Assembly: GCA_009602735.1 (NCBI GenBank)
Contig: WELA01001035.1
Span: 447,061-467,060, forward strand
DNA from: Mesotaenium endlicherianum
Taxonomy: Eukaryota
Direction of reading: 5' to 3'
Length of the DNA: 20,000 nt
This document shows, piece after piece, positions 9,186 to 18,790 of this stretch. The stretch's first letter is position 1, and each line of letters begins with the position of its first letter. The position numbers were made by a program, and so were the translations under genes. The notes under the pieces were generated by a model. The model was given only the letters and a program-made list of their open reading frames with translations. It was not told the DNA's origin and made no database searches.

Positions 9186-12100
9186 ATCCTCTCCCTGTAT
9201 GTGTGTGTGCGCGTTCCTGTTCAATTCAGCGCATGGTAGTTCTGGAAGAAGCAGAGGCAGAGCTACCAGAGAGAGCACTGGGTGTGGCGCCGTGTGCAAC
9301 CTTCGTGTTGCTCCCTCTGTGGTGGAGTCTACCTTCAATTCCCTCTGGAACCCGTTCTCTCGTACACACCACCCACACAAGTCGTCCTTGAGGCGGCTAT
9401 GGCTCCAGGTTCTGTTCTGCTGCTCCATGTCACGCTTCTTGCTGGCACGCGTCAGGTTCGGTGTGCGCCAGCTCAGCGTGCCATGTGTGCCCAGCGAGTC
9501 GAGACAAGCAGCTCGGCCAATCGGTGCTTGTTATCGAGAGGCTCACCGCCATCTGGCCTTCTCATGGACACTTAAAAGCAGCCCTCGAGCTGCGGCCACA
9601 GTGGACCAAGCCCCATTGGGGGGGCCTTGGAGTGTGCGCGTGAATGAGTGCAGGGCAGTCGAGTTCCCTCCTGAGGGCAGTGTCTGCGCCTGTGCATGTG
9701 TGCGTGCGTGTGTGTGTGAGAGAGAGAAGAGTGAGAGAATGAAAGAGAAAGTGAGAAGTTTGAGTGACGTCAAGAGTGCCTGTGTTTGTAAGTGCGAAAG
9801 AGAGCCGAGTGCGTAGGAGGGTCGAGTGCGCCGTCAAAAGTCTTCCACATGTGGCTGCAGAGGTGGGACCGACGCTCGAGCCCCGCTAAGAGTGCTGGCA
9901 AGTATGTGTGTGTGCGTGTGTATGCATGTGTGTGTGCGTGAAAGGGGAGCAGTCGATGGCGGCCAGGATAGAGGCGGGCGCGAGCGTCTCCGAGATGAGC
10001 GTGGGCTTCCGGTGCCTGCGCGAGGACCTCTCTGACGTCTTCTCTCTCTTTGCCGAGGGTGTGTGCACATTCCCACCTCGCCTTTCTTCTCCACACCACA
10101 CAGCTTAACCTCCCCCCCCCTCCCCCCCCTCNCGGCAATGAAAGAGGGTGCTCCTGCCTCTACCCCTCTTTCTCAGTTTTTGTGGAACAGCACTTAGTAC
10201 AATTGAGAACCCTCCTTCGGCTTGGCTTTGCGGTGCATGCATTGCTCGTGGGACTGCTCCTTCTGGAAGAAGGACATTTAAAGGCTATGGCTGCTGCGCT
10301 GAGTTGTGTTCCTAATGTGGATAGGATGTGAGAGGCCTATTAGAGCTAGCTGGCCTTCTATGGTCCTCAGGCAAGCATGCGCACAAATGTAGCAGCATGC
10401 CAGCCCTTGGCCGCGCCTCGACGGCTGCCACCTGTCTGCCCAGTTGGGTGCCTGGTTGGCTCGTGCACACTACTTGCCCGCACGTTGCTGGTGGGAGGAG
10501 CACAGCATCTGGAAGCTCTTATTATCCGCCTTTCTCTTCTCTTTCTCTCTCTTTCTCTCACTTTCTCCCTCTTGCAGAGAGGAACCTTGCGGGAAGGAAG
10601 CAAGTGCTTTTCATCCGTTTCATCAGGAGAAGGAGATCAGGACATGCTTCTGGCTGCAGGACGTTGGCTGCTGGGGAGGAGGGAGGAGTTCCCCTGGCAA
10701 AACTGATGTGAACTAGAGTCGCCGGGGTGGGGTGGGATGGNNNNNNNNNNNNNNATGGGGGGGGGGTGGGGGGGAGGGCGTGGGTGGTGAATTTTTTGAG
10801 GGCTAGAGCAGTGGTGAGGCAGCCGGGCATGCCGGAGGACAAACTGGCGCTCGCCAAGTCGCAGGTGCTGGGCGGCATCGCCCGACGCAACGACAACGTC
10901 TGTTCTCCCCCACCACACCAGCCCGTGCCCGTGCCCGTCAAACTCCCCTGGCATGAGCTGAGATGCGTGGCTGCGTGTCTGCGCATGTGTGTGCGTGTGT
11001 GTGTTGTGCGTGTATGTGTGTGCGTCTGTGCCTGTGTGTGTCTCTCTCTCTGTGTGTGTGTGTGTGTCTGCCCCTGCATCAATGCCAACCCTGCCTGCGG
11101 TCTTGCCACCGCAGTCTTTGGGACACGTGGTGCGGCATGGCGCCAGGTAATTCAAGAGCCAGTTGAGCCAGCTGGTTGTTGCCAACCTCACTCACTTGAT
11201 CAGTAGACGCCCGTCAATGCCGGTCAATACAAGCCATCTGATCCCTTTCAGTGCGTCAAAGAGAAGCGAGAAGTCCCACACTGCATTCCTATTAAAGCCA
11301 CACGCTCGACCTCCCGGCGCTATTGCACAATCACTCAGAGGCATGCGTTCTTTGGAGAAGGAAGGAGCCATGCAGCAGCGTGTGAGAGAGCCACGTGGCG
11401 ACACATATGCATAAGGAGCTGTGCAAGGGAGGGAGAGAGGGAGGAGGGAGGGGAGGGAAGGGACGGTGGAGGGAAGGAGGGGAGGGAAGGGGGGAAGTGA
11501 GGGAGGGTGGAAGGGAGGGAGGGTTTGTGATAGAGAGCAGAGCCGCGCAAGCAGCGGGGGCTCAGGGGCTGAGGTGGAGACGTGCGGGCCAACGGGTGGC
11601 AGCCAGGTGGGATTGCAGGGCGCGAGCTGCCGAAGCTGCTGTATGGGCCCCAGAGCGTGTACGCGCGCACGCCTGAGGCCGCCACTGTGACGCCCATCAC
11701 ACGCGCCGACCTCGTCAGCTTCCACGAGGCCAACTTCAGGTGGGGACCACGCCTATCAAACCATCCCACCCTCCACCCCTCAACCCCCCACCCACACCCA
11801 CGTACCTAACCCCAGCCCCAGTTCCTCCAGCCCCTCTCGGCCTTGGCTCTCATCTCGAGCGTCCCTGCTGCTGCTGCGCCTGCTGCTGCTGCTGCTGCAG
11901 CGATTCATTCTTGGGGTGGTCCAAATTCAACTGGAGGTCCAGCTGGCCGTCTACATGCACCCCGGAGGTGGGTGATGGGGGAGGAGGGGGGGGGATGTGG
12001 GCTGCGAATGGAGGGGACAGCAAAAGGGTAGGGGCAAGGGGCAAGGACAAGGGCAGGGTTTGCGATGGAGGGTGTCAAGCGCCAGGTGTTAGCCCAGGAA

Positions 12101-15100
12101 GCTTGGAGGCTTGAGGTTCTGACCCCTCGAGTTTAGCGCCAACGCACGCTCCCTTGTCCACGCCCCAGGCCCCATCGCAAGCAAGGAGTGGTCCCAAGCG
12201 CTAGTGGCCGGAGCTCACTTTGAGTAACCAACTATGACGGCGCCCCAGTCCGGCAGAATAGTACTGGTTCCCACTCTGAGAGGCGGAGGCAGCAGCTGCA
12301 TATCCCTCGTGTGTGTGCAGCACACGTCGCCCAACCTGTTGTGTGGTGACTCGATTGTGTGTATGTACCATCCAGATTGCCGGAGGAGTCCCTGTCCGGG
12401 TCTGAGTTGTCTGAGCCCGAGCCTGAGCCCAAGCCTGAGCCCGAGCCTGAGCCCGAACCTGAGCCCGATCCTGATTCTTGGGTCAAACCTGTGCATGCGT
12501 AGCCCTGTAGCGGGTCAGCAGCTGTGGCTCCGCATCCCAGGGGCTGCCATGCAGCGACACGCCAGGGCGGGCGGCAGGGGGCTCTGAAGAGGGAAGTGGG
12601 GAAGCAGCCCTTCTTCTTCGGGCTGGCGGCGAGTGTGAGCGGCTCCGGGAGAGGTCCCAGCGCTGCTCCCTTTGTGGCCGGGCTCAGGAAGGGTCTGTGA
12701 CAAAAGGCTGTCACTCGAGTGTGGTTTTTTTGTTGCGGCGCAAGGTCTACGGTAAGGTCAATGCGTGCACGTGCCCACACACGCACACGCGCCCGCACAC
12801 TTGTGGTGCCTCTTTTCAAACCCGCTGCGTGCAACCCAAGCCCGCAACCCACGCTTACCTCTGCCCCTCTGCCCTTCTTTTCCCTGCCCCCCTTCTCTCT
12901 TCCTGCCCATGGGCCCCTCCCCCTCAGCGTTTTTTTCCCACCAACACTCATTCTCCTATCAGACGTCAGCTTGCTTGGCCATCCACCCCAGAAATGTTTC
13001 TCACAAATGCCTTGCAAAAATTATGGGGCTGGGTGCGGGCGGGCACGCATGCAGGCCAGATGGCGCAGTGCTGGGCATCTGGGGCGATTTTGACTCGGCC
13101 GCCGCCCGTGCCCTCGTGGAATCCCGGTTCGGCGACTGGGCTCGCGCCGCCAGCTCCAGCGGCGCCACATCAGCACCTGGGGTTGCCACCATTGCCGCCA
13201 CCTCAGTGGCCTCCAGCGACGTGGCAGCACCCACGAGGGAGGAGGAGGCCGGGCTCGCGTTCGTGCCACCTGCCATCTACCTGGTAGATCGCCCCGGCCT
13301 CAGCCAGGGGTGAGTCGTGCGAGCTGCCGCGCGTGCTGACAGCTGTTCCTTCCCCTGGCTGCTGCTTGGTTTGCTTTGTGGCACCTGTTATTCTCTCCTT
13401 GACGGCCCTTACTCCCTGACTTCCCAGAGAGCGGTCTCCGGAGAGGAGTACTCTCCAAGGTCGTTTCGGCAGCTCCACCTTCGGCTGAGGCTCAGCTGAG
13501 GTTGCAAGGCCGCAGTCAGGCGAGGCGACGGGCATTTTACTAGCCACTCATTGGCCCCCGCCCCACTTCCCATCCCCTTCCCAGCCCCTTTTTATTCATC
13601 AAATCCACCTCTGATTACCCTCTACTCTGTCATTGCCCACACCCCTTGCCTCTCCTCCCCTATCCATTCCTGGACGCTACGCAGGCCCTGCAAGCCTGCC
13701 TGCCTGCCTGCCCTCGCTGTGATACGCTCTCTGACCATGCTCAGCCTTTCTCCTCACCCTCCTTGCCTCCTGCTGCGTTCCTTGCCGCCCCTTGCACCGC
13801 CTGCCCTCCTTTCAGTGATGGAGGCACAAGCCTGCTTTCTCGCGGCAAAGCGTTCCCTCTTTCCCCCCCTCTTCCTCACCTTCAGATGCCAGGGAGAAGT
13901 TAGGTGCCTCTCTCCCTTGCCAGCATCACTCGGGAACTCCCACAGGCCTGAAGGCAGTCTGGCTGCTGCGCCCTCATGATCTTGCCCCAGGAGCCCTGTC
14001 GATTCTCCCCCTCCCCTCCCCTCCCCTCCCTCCCGCTCCCTGCTCCCCCTCACCCTCCAGCTTGACGCGGCAACGGCATCAAGCAGGCAGCATCGCAAGC
14101 ACGCATAAGCATCGCACCCTGGGAGCACTTGGGATCACTCGACTAATCAGAGTCGACCGTGACTCAGCGTTTCAAAGCCCTAGTACCCTGCCCCCGCACA
14201 GGTACTTGAAAGCCGTAGAGACAGAGAGCACTCACATTGACCCCCCCCACCCCCTTCCCTAGATAGTGAGTGTTCCGGAGAATCCTTACCTCCTGAAACC
14301 TGGAGCCCTTTTAAACCCGAAACCCTACCGCAGGTACGTGAGGATGGCGGAGCTGGGGACCACGCTGGACGACCCCGACGCGTTTGCGCTGGATGTGCTC
14401 AACTCCGTCCTCAACAGCTTCGGAGGCCGCCTGTTTGACCAGGTGCACGCGCCATGGTCCTCCATGCAATCCTCCCCCCCCCCCCGCGATGCCCCCTGCC
14501 CTCTTTTTCCTTCCCCGTCCACTTGTCTTCCACTCCTCCCTGCTCCCTGCGTCTTTCGCCCCCCCCTGTACGCGTGGATGAATACACCCGGGTAAGACAT
14601 GCATGCACATGTACACATGAATGTATGGGTGTACTGTTGGGTATGCATATGTATATGGAAGTGAATAGAAGATGGAATACTGCCAGGGCTAGTGTGGGTT
14701 GGACCCAGGGTCGCAATTCTCGACGGGGGCAGCGTCCAGCTGCTCGGTGGGGCAGCCATGGCTGTGGGGCTTCTCCCCAACTGGCTCCTCCTCCACTTCT
14801 GACTGCATGACACCAGGAATGGGTTTGCAAGCTGGAGAGGAGGGCAGGCAATGATGCTTTGAGGGAGAGAAAGAGAGGGTGCTTATAGGGAGAGACAATT
14901 CTGTCCTCCCCTGAGAGCACCTAGGATGGAAGGGAAGTGGGGGGGGCGGCAAGGGAGGGGGAGGAAGGAGGGGAATGTGCCCACCTTGGCAGGGGGCTGC
15001 GGTGGAGTGCTCTTGTTGCTTAGAGACAGGGAGAGGCTTTCCCTCACGCTACATGAGAAAAGGGGGTGCTCTGCACGTGATGCGATGGAAGGTCTTAAGG

Positions 15101-18100
15101 GGACTGCGCAAATGCGCTCCTTTGTTGCTAGCTCTGGCACTCCATTTGATTTCTCCCTCTCCCCCCCCCCACCATTTGCAGTGCCCTCTCTTGCTATGAA
15201 GCTGCTGCGCAAGTTGAGGCTGACACATGTGCGTGCGCGTGTGTGTGCTCGCATCCATGTGTGCGTGCGTGCGTGCCTGCGTGTGGGTGGGCCCGTCTGG
15301 ACCAATATTGGTGGAGGGGGTGGGGGCAGGTGCGATCGAGAGAGGGCCTCGCCTACTCCGTGTACGGCGCCTGGTCGCCATCTGTCAAGCACCGGGTGCG
15401 CCGCCTGGCATCTCTGCCTCTCTCTTTGACCTTGACTTGGATGTGGACATTTCTGCATCACACTCTTGAGCCCCTCTCCCCCCCCCTCTGTCTCACGCCT
15501 CCTCACTCACTCATCTTCTGCTGAGCCTGCCAGGCTTCTGCGTTCCCCTTGTGCCCTTGTGCCCTTGTGCCATCGTCCCCTTGTCCTCTTGTCCTCTTTT
15601 CCCCTTGTCCTCCGTCCTCTTGTCCCCTCGACTTTGAGCTCTCACAGTTGCTCATGCGTCCTACGAAGGATGGCTCCTCCGGCTCGACGGCATCCCCTTG
15701 CTGCTGCTAGATGCAAGGAGCTGCAAACGTGCAAGCAATCGCAACGTGGGCAGCGCATGCGCGTCACTCACACCCCTCTTGGTGCCTCGGTTGCGCATAC
15801 TTTGTACAGGATCAAATTGCAGAGTATCTCTTATCCTCTCTCTCCCCACCCCACACCCCCCGTCTTCCCCCCGCCCAAGGGAGGAGGACCCAAGGGTGGT
15901 CCTCACCCTCCCCCCCGCCCACCCTCTCCTCCCCTTCCCCCCAATCTCCCACTAATCAGCCAGTTCCAATGCATGCATCTGCTGCTGCTGGGGTTGTGGG
16001 TACATGCACCTGTCAGTTTGACATGCATGGGAAGAAGAGCTGCTGGCGGCAACGCGCCAAGCGTGCAGATGTGAATTGTGGATCCTCGTACTTGACACTT
16101 GGCACGCATGCACCTGCCTGCCAGTAGAGAGCATGAACCTGTGAGAGAGACCCGCAAAAGAAATGCATCTCAGAGACAGGGACATGCATGGATGCAAATT
16201 TGCTGCGAAGCGCAAGAGAGTGGAATGTGAGTGACTCGTCATTGGATCTTGACTCCTTTGTGCGTGTGCATGTGCGTGTGCATGTGCGTGCGCGTGTGTG
16301 TATGTGTATGCACGCACGCGCGCACGTGCGTGGGTGGATGTCCGTGTGTGAAAGTGTTGTCAGCCATGTACGTTTGCTCCCCAACTGACATACACGCCCT
16401 TTTGCTGGGTGCGTGCAACAAGATGCGCACACACGTGGCGCGTGCAATGCTTGAGGATGGCAGGGGGCGTTTTTGGCGGGCGGCGAGACCCGTATCGAGT
16501 CGGTGCCCCAGTTTGTGACAGCTGTGCGGCGCGTGCTCACCCAGCTCACCCTTGAGGCCCCCACGCCAGGTGTCCCCCACTCACCAACACCCCCCTCCCC
16601 CTCCTTTTTCATTCTGCCCTGCCCCATCCAGCCGCTGCTTCCCTCTCTCTATGCTCCCATCCTCTTCCTTCAACCAACTCGCATGTTTCACTGAAACCCA
16701 TCAGTAACGTTTCCGTAAGCTACTAAACTCAGGCCTTGTCAAACGCTCCCCGACCTGAAACCCCTTTCCTCCTCGGACCAGACCTGCCCCCTCCGAGAGG
16801 CCCTGAATCGAACTCAACGCAAGACCTGACATGCAGGAGCTTCAAACCCGACAGATTCTCAAGCCCCAACCCTAGCCCGAGCCTGAGCCTGAGCCTGAGC
16901 CCAAATCGCAGCTCTGTGCTGGAGGGCGTGCGGACAGATCTGAAGCAGAAGCCTGTCGGGCCTTTCCCCTGGAGGGACCTTCCTCCCTTTCTCTGTGGCC
17001 TTTCAGTCCTCTGCCTGTGCGCCCCTGCCCGTGCCCGTGCTTGTGTCTGTTTGTTGTGCCTCATCTTTCCATAGCCCTCGTTTCCGCCCCACTCTCTGCC
17101 ATGCCTCGTGCCTGTGCCTGTGCCAGAGCCTGGGCAACCACCTCTGCCGCTGTTTCTGCATCCCTCTATATCCACCTCTGCCTGTGCCTCTCTGTCTGTG
17201 CCTCCCTCTCCACCTCCGCCGGTGCCTCTGTCCCTCTGTATCTCTGCCCCTGCATGCCTGTGGCTGTGCCTCTGCTTGTGCCTGTGCCTCTTCCTCTGCC
17301 TCTGCCCCTGCCTATGCCCCTCTCTCAACATCTGCTTGTGCCTGTGCCTGTGCCCGTGTTGCTGAACCCGCCTCTCTTCTTCGCACTCGTGTCGTTGATG
17401 GCTTGTCGCTCCACACATGCCGTGGGGCAACTGCAACCCCACAGCCCAAGCAACTTGATGCGTCGTGTTGACGCTGCTTGGTTCTTTCATCCAAGCGTGT
17501 GCCCAACCCGGTGAACTGGTGTGTGAAGCTAACTTGTGTCGGGGGCCGTGCGAGAAGTGGCGTGGTGGTGTGCGTGCGCGCGTGTGCTTGCGTGCAGAGG
17601 AGCTGGCGCAAGCCAAGGACGCGGCTCTGAACACGTTCGTGTTCAACTTTGCCGACTCGTACGTTCTTCCCACGCCTCCTGCTTGTTCTATTGGAACCCT
17701 ATAAGCACCTGTTTCCTTTATTCTGTATGTCTATCTGCATTTTTCCTCGTGTGCATCAAATCCCCTTCCCGTCATAGCGTGCATGCAGCTGTTTGTGTTG
17801 GTGCGCATGTACGCGTGTGCACGTATGTCTGAAACAGAAGTTGCCTTAATGATATTGAGCATCATATAAAAAAGATGCATAAATGAGTATATGTAACATG
17901 TATATGATAAAGAGAACCATTGCGCATGTATAGAACAATGTGTGGCGTACACACAGCTAGCTCCTTTTTGTATTCGATAAGCACTTTGGTTTGTAATGGC
18001 AATTTTTAAATGTGCGAATTGCTAGCACTGAGCATTGTGGAGCTTTGTCAAAGTATTGGAACGGCTTCTCTCAGGTAAGAGTTGTCGTCGAGCATACGCA

Positions 18101-18790
18101 TAAATTGCACAACTATTGGGCCATAGTAGGTGGACTTAAATGCACGCGTATATCAACATAGGTAAGAACATTGAGAGAACTTTCTATAAGCAACCATGCA
18201 CACACATGTTTCGATTCATTGACGTGTGTATGCATTTTACTGACACAGGGAATCAAATACATTACAAAATACATCCCCCCTGTCCCCGCCCTCACATATA
18301 CACATACAAACACACACGCACACAAACACACATATTATCCCATTCATTTCATTGCATGTGCAATTTACACAAACTTATGCAGACACACAAGCATCACTAA
18401 CTAGTCTGGCATTGAATACTCCTCTTTCTACTTTTTAATTTTGGGGCTCATTATTCGATGCAAACATGCATGTTCATCTGTATGTCTATGTGTGGAGGTT
18501 CCGCACGGAAGTTTTCATTGGAATCCTCAAGTTCTATTGTTGTACTTGCTACATGCAGCGGCTCCCAATTGAGTCGAATCATGACGTATGAACTCTTTGG
18601 CATTGACCAAGACTATGTGTTCAAGTACAAGAAAGCGATCGAGAATATGACGGCTGAGCAAGTGCTGCGGGCAGCTCAAACACACCTGCACCCGGACAAG
18701 CAACCAATCTTACTGGTCACCGATGTCGGGGCTGTCAGATCATCTCTTGCCTCGCTAGGCTTGCCACTAGTTGATGTAAAAATTGACTAG
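5571..18790 (+). CDS. Peptidase M16B (insulinase/pitrilysin family) non-catalytic subunit, cyanobacterial type, probably plastid/thylakoid-lumen targeted; join(5571..5929,6294..6426,7097..7153,8104..8157,8930..9016,9953..10058,10812..10897,11603..11739,13055..13309,14334..14442,15330..15395,16464..16569,17598..17658,18559..18790), 615 aa
   Basis: All 13 introns are GT-AG with compatible phases. The spliced product has M16 hallmarks: LPNGLRVFLLEDHEL, ITRADLVSFHEANFRPDGAVLGIWGDFD, ALDVLNSVLNSFGGRLFDQVRSREGLAYSVY, EELAQAK and IENMTAEQVLRAAQTHLHP. At the expected HXXEH position it reads GLAGIAGAV. Confidence 0.88.
6294..6426 (+). CDS. M16 exon 2
   Basis: Acceptor cctaaacag|; AAAGTLLDQPVL...KEFPPLGSLTLPEYEQ; donor CAG|GTGTTC. 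Confidence 0.85.
6860..7000. repeat. (CA)n / CACG compound microsatellite
   Basis: Directly visible, in M16 intron 2. Confidence 0.9.
7097..7153 (+). CDS. M16 exon 3
   Basis: gtgcag|VTLPNGLRVFLLEDHELGL|GTAAGC. Confidence 0.92.
8104..8157 (+). CDS. M16 exon 4
   Basis: gacag|VGGQLLVRGGGKLEPAEK|GTAACA. Confidence 0.88.
8612..8757. repeat. Degenerate (CA)/(CGCA)/(CCCA) microsatellite
   Basis: Directly visible, in M16 intron 4. Confidence 0.85.
8930..9016 (+). CDS. M16 exon 5 (degenerate zinc-site region)
   Basis: ccccag|VGLAGIAGAVQRSGGSVNHPAKDLDAALE|GTGCCG. Confidence 0.9.
9111..9182. repeat. (CT)n microsatellite, ~29 pure units
   Basis: Pure CT from 9125 to 9182, preceded by CGCTCT units. 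Confidence 0.95.
9953..10058 (+). CDS. M16 exon 6
   Basis: gagcag|SMAARIEAGASVSEMSVGFRCLREDLSDVFSLFAE(V)|GTGTGT, phase 1. Confidence 0.88.
10741..10754. other. Assembly gap (N14) inside a G-rich tract; single Ns also at 8337 and 10132
   Basis: Ns sit next to G or C homopolymers and are all intronic. Confidence 0.95.
10812..10897 (+). CDS. M16 exon 7
   Basis: gagcag|(V)VRQPGMPEDKLALAKSQVLGGIARRNDN|GTCTGT. Confidence 0.9.
10980..11068. repeat. (TG)n/(TC)n compound microsatellite
   Basis: Directly visible, in M16 intron 7. Confidence 0.85.
11427..11523. repeat. GGGA-type polypurine tract
   Basis: Many GGG runs separated by A/AA, ~80 nt upstream of the exon 8 acceptor. Confidence 0.85.
11603..11739 (+). 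CDS. M16 exon 8
   Basis: tggcag|PGGIAGRELPKLLYGPQSVYARTPEAATVTPITRADLVSFHEANF(R)|GTGGGG, phase 2. Confidence 0.92.
11865..11897. repeat. Interrupted (CTG)n
   Basis: (CTG)4 CGC (CTG)6, intronic. Confidence 0.9.
12411..12474. repeat. CTGAGC/CCGAGC hexamer (12-mer higher-order) repeat
   Basis: ctgagcccgagc ctgagcccaagc ctgagcccgagc ctgagcccgaac ctgagcccgatc. Confidence 0.9.
13055..13309 (+). CDS. M16 exon 9 (includes inter-domain linker)
   Basis: catgcag|PDGAVLGIWGDFDSAAARALVESRFGDW...AIYLVDRPGLSQ(G)|GTGAGT, phase 2. Confidence 0.9.
14334..14442 (+). CDS. M16 exon 10
   Basis: ccgcag|YVRMAELGTTLDDPDAFALDVLNSVLNSFGGRLFDQ|GTGCAC. Confidence 0.92.
15330..15395 (+). CDS. M16 exon 11 (R/Y motif)
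   Basis: gggcag|VRSREGLAYSVYGAWSPSVKHR|GTGCGC. Confidence 0.92.
15546..15627. repeat. CCCTTGTG/CCTTGTCC degenerate minisatellite
   Basis: Repeated CTTGT cores at roughly 8-9 nt spacing. Confidence 0.75.
16258..16332. repeat. Alternating purine-pyrimidine (TG/CG/CA) tract
   Basis: tgtgcgtgtgcatgtgcgtgtgcatgtgcgtgcgcgtgtgtg... Confidence 0.8.
16464..16569 (+). CDS. M16 exon 12
   Basis: tggcag|GAFLAGGETRIESVPQFVTAVRRVLTQLTLEAPTP(E)|GTGTCC, phase 1. Confidence 0.9.
16871..16902. repeat. (CCTGAG)n hexamer repeat
   Basis: cctagcccgagcctgagcctgagcctgagccc. Confidence 0.85.
17010..17358. repeat. Degenerate CCTGTG/CCTCTG hexamer array
   Basis: ~350 nt of pyrimidine-rich hexamer variants in M16 intron 12. 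Confidence 0.85.
17598..17658 (+). CDS. M16 exon 13
   Basis: gtgcag|(E)ELAQAKDAALNTFVFNFAD(S)|GTACGT, phase 2. Confidence 0.9.
18559..18790 (+). CDS. M16 exon 14 (last, TAG stop)
   Basis: catgcag|GSQLSRIMTYELFGIDQDYVFKYKKAIENMTAEQVLRAAQTHLHPDKQPILLVTDVGAVRSSLASLGLPLVDVKID*. Confidence 0.92.

Noticed and set aside
8337..10754. Ns as biological features or frameshifts
   Set aside because: All lie in intronic homopolymer tracts and are sequencing or assembly uncertainty.
11300..11360. Intronic peptide PPGAIAQSLRGM resembling the start of exon 8 (possible mutually exclusive exon)
   Set aside because: Similarity is limited to a few residues, there is no suitable in-frame acceptor, and the downstream sequence does not match M16.
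12232..13017. 261-aa minus-strand ORF with a GSGSGS tract
   Set aside because: Produced by the CTGAGC repeat in GC-rich intron 8, with no domain or splice support.
14850..14914. Possible intronic C/D-box snoRNA (ATGATGC...CTGA)
   Set aside because: Imperfect box C, no clear terminal stem and no recognisable rRNA guide.
16729..17673. 314-aa minus-strand ORF rich in HRHRQ/GTG
   Set aside because: Antisense translation of the CCTGTG hexamer array. There is no recognisable domain, and stop-poor repeats explain its length.
5571..18790. Calling the M16 gene SPP, PreP, MPP or a pseudogene
   Set aside because: At ~615 aa it is too short for SPP or PreP and lacks the MPP-alpha glycine-rich loop. 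The frame is intact through 14 exons, so loss of HXXEH indicates a non-catalytic subunit rather than decay.
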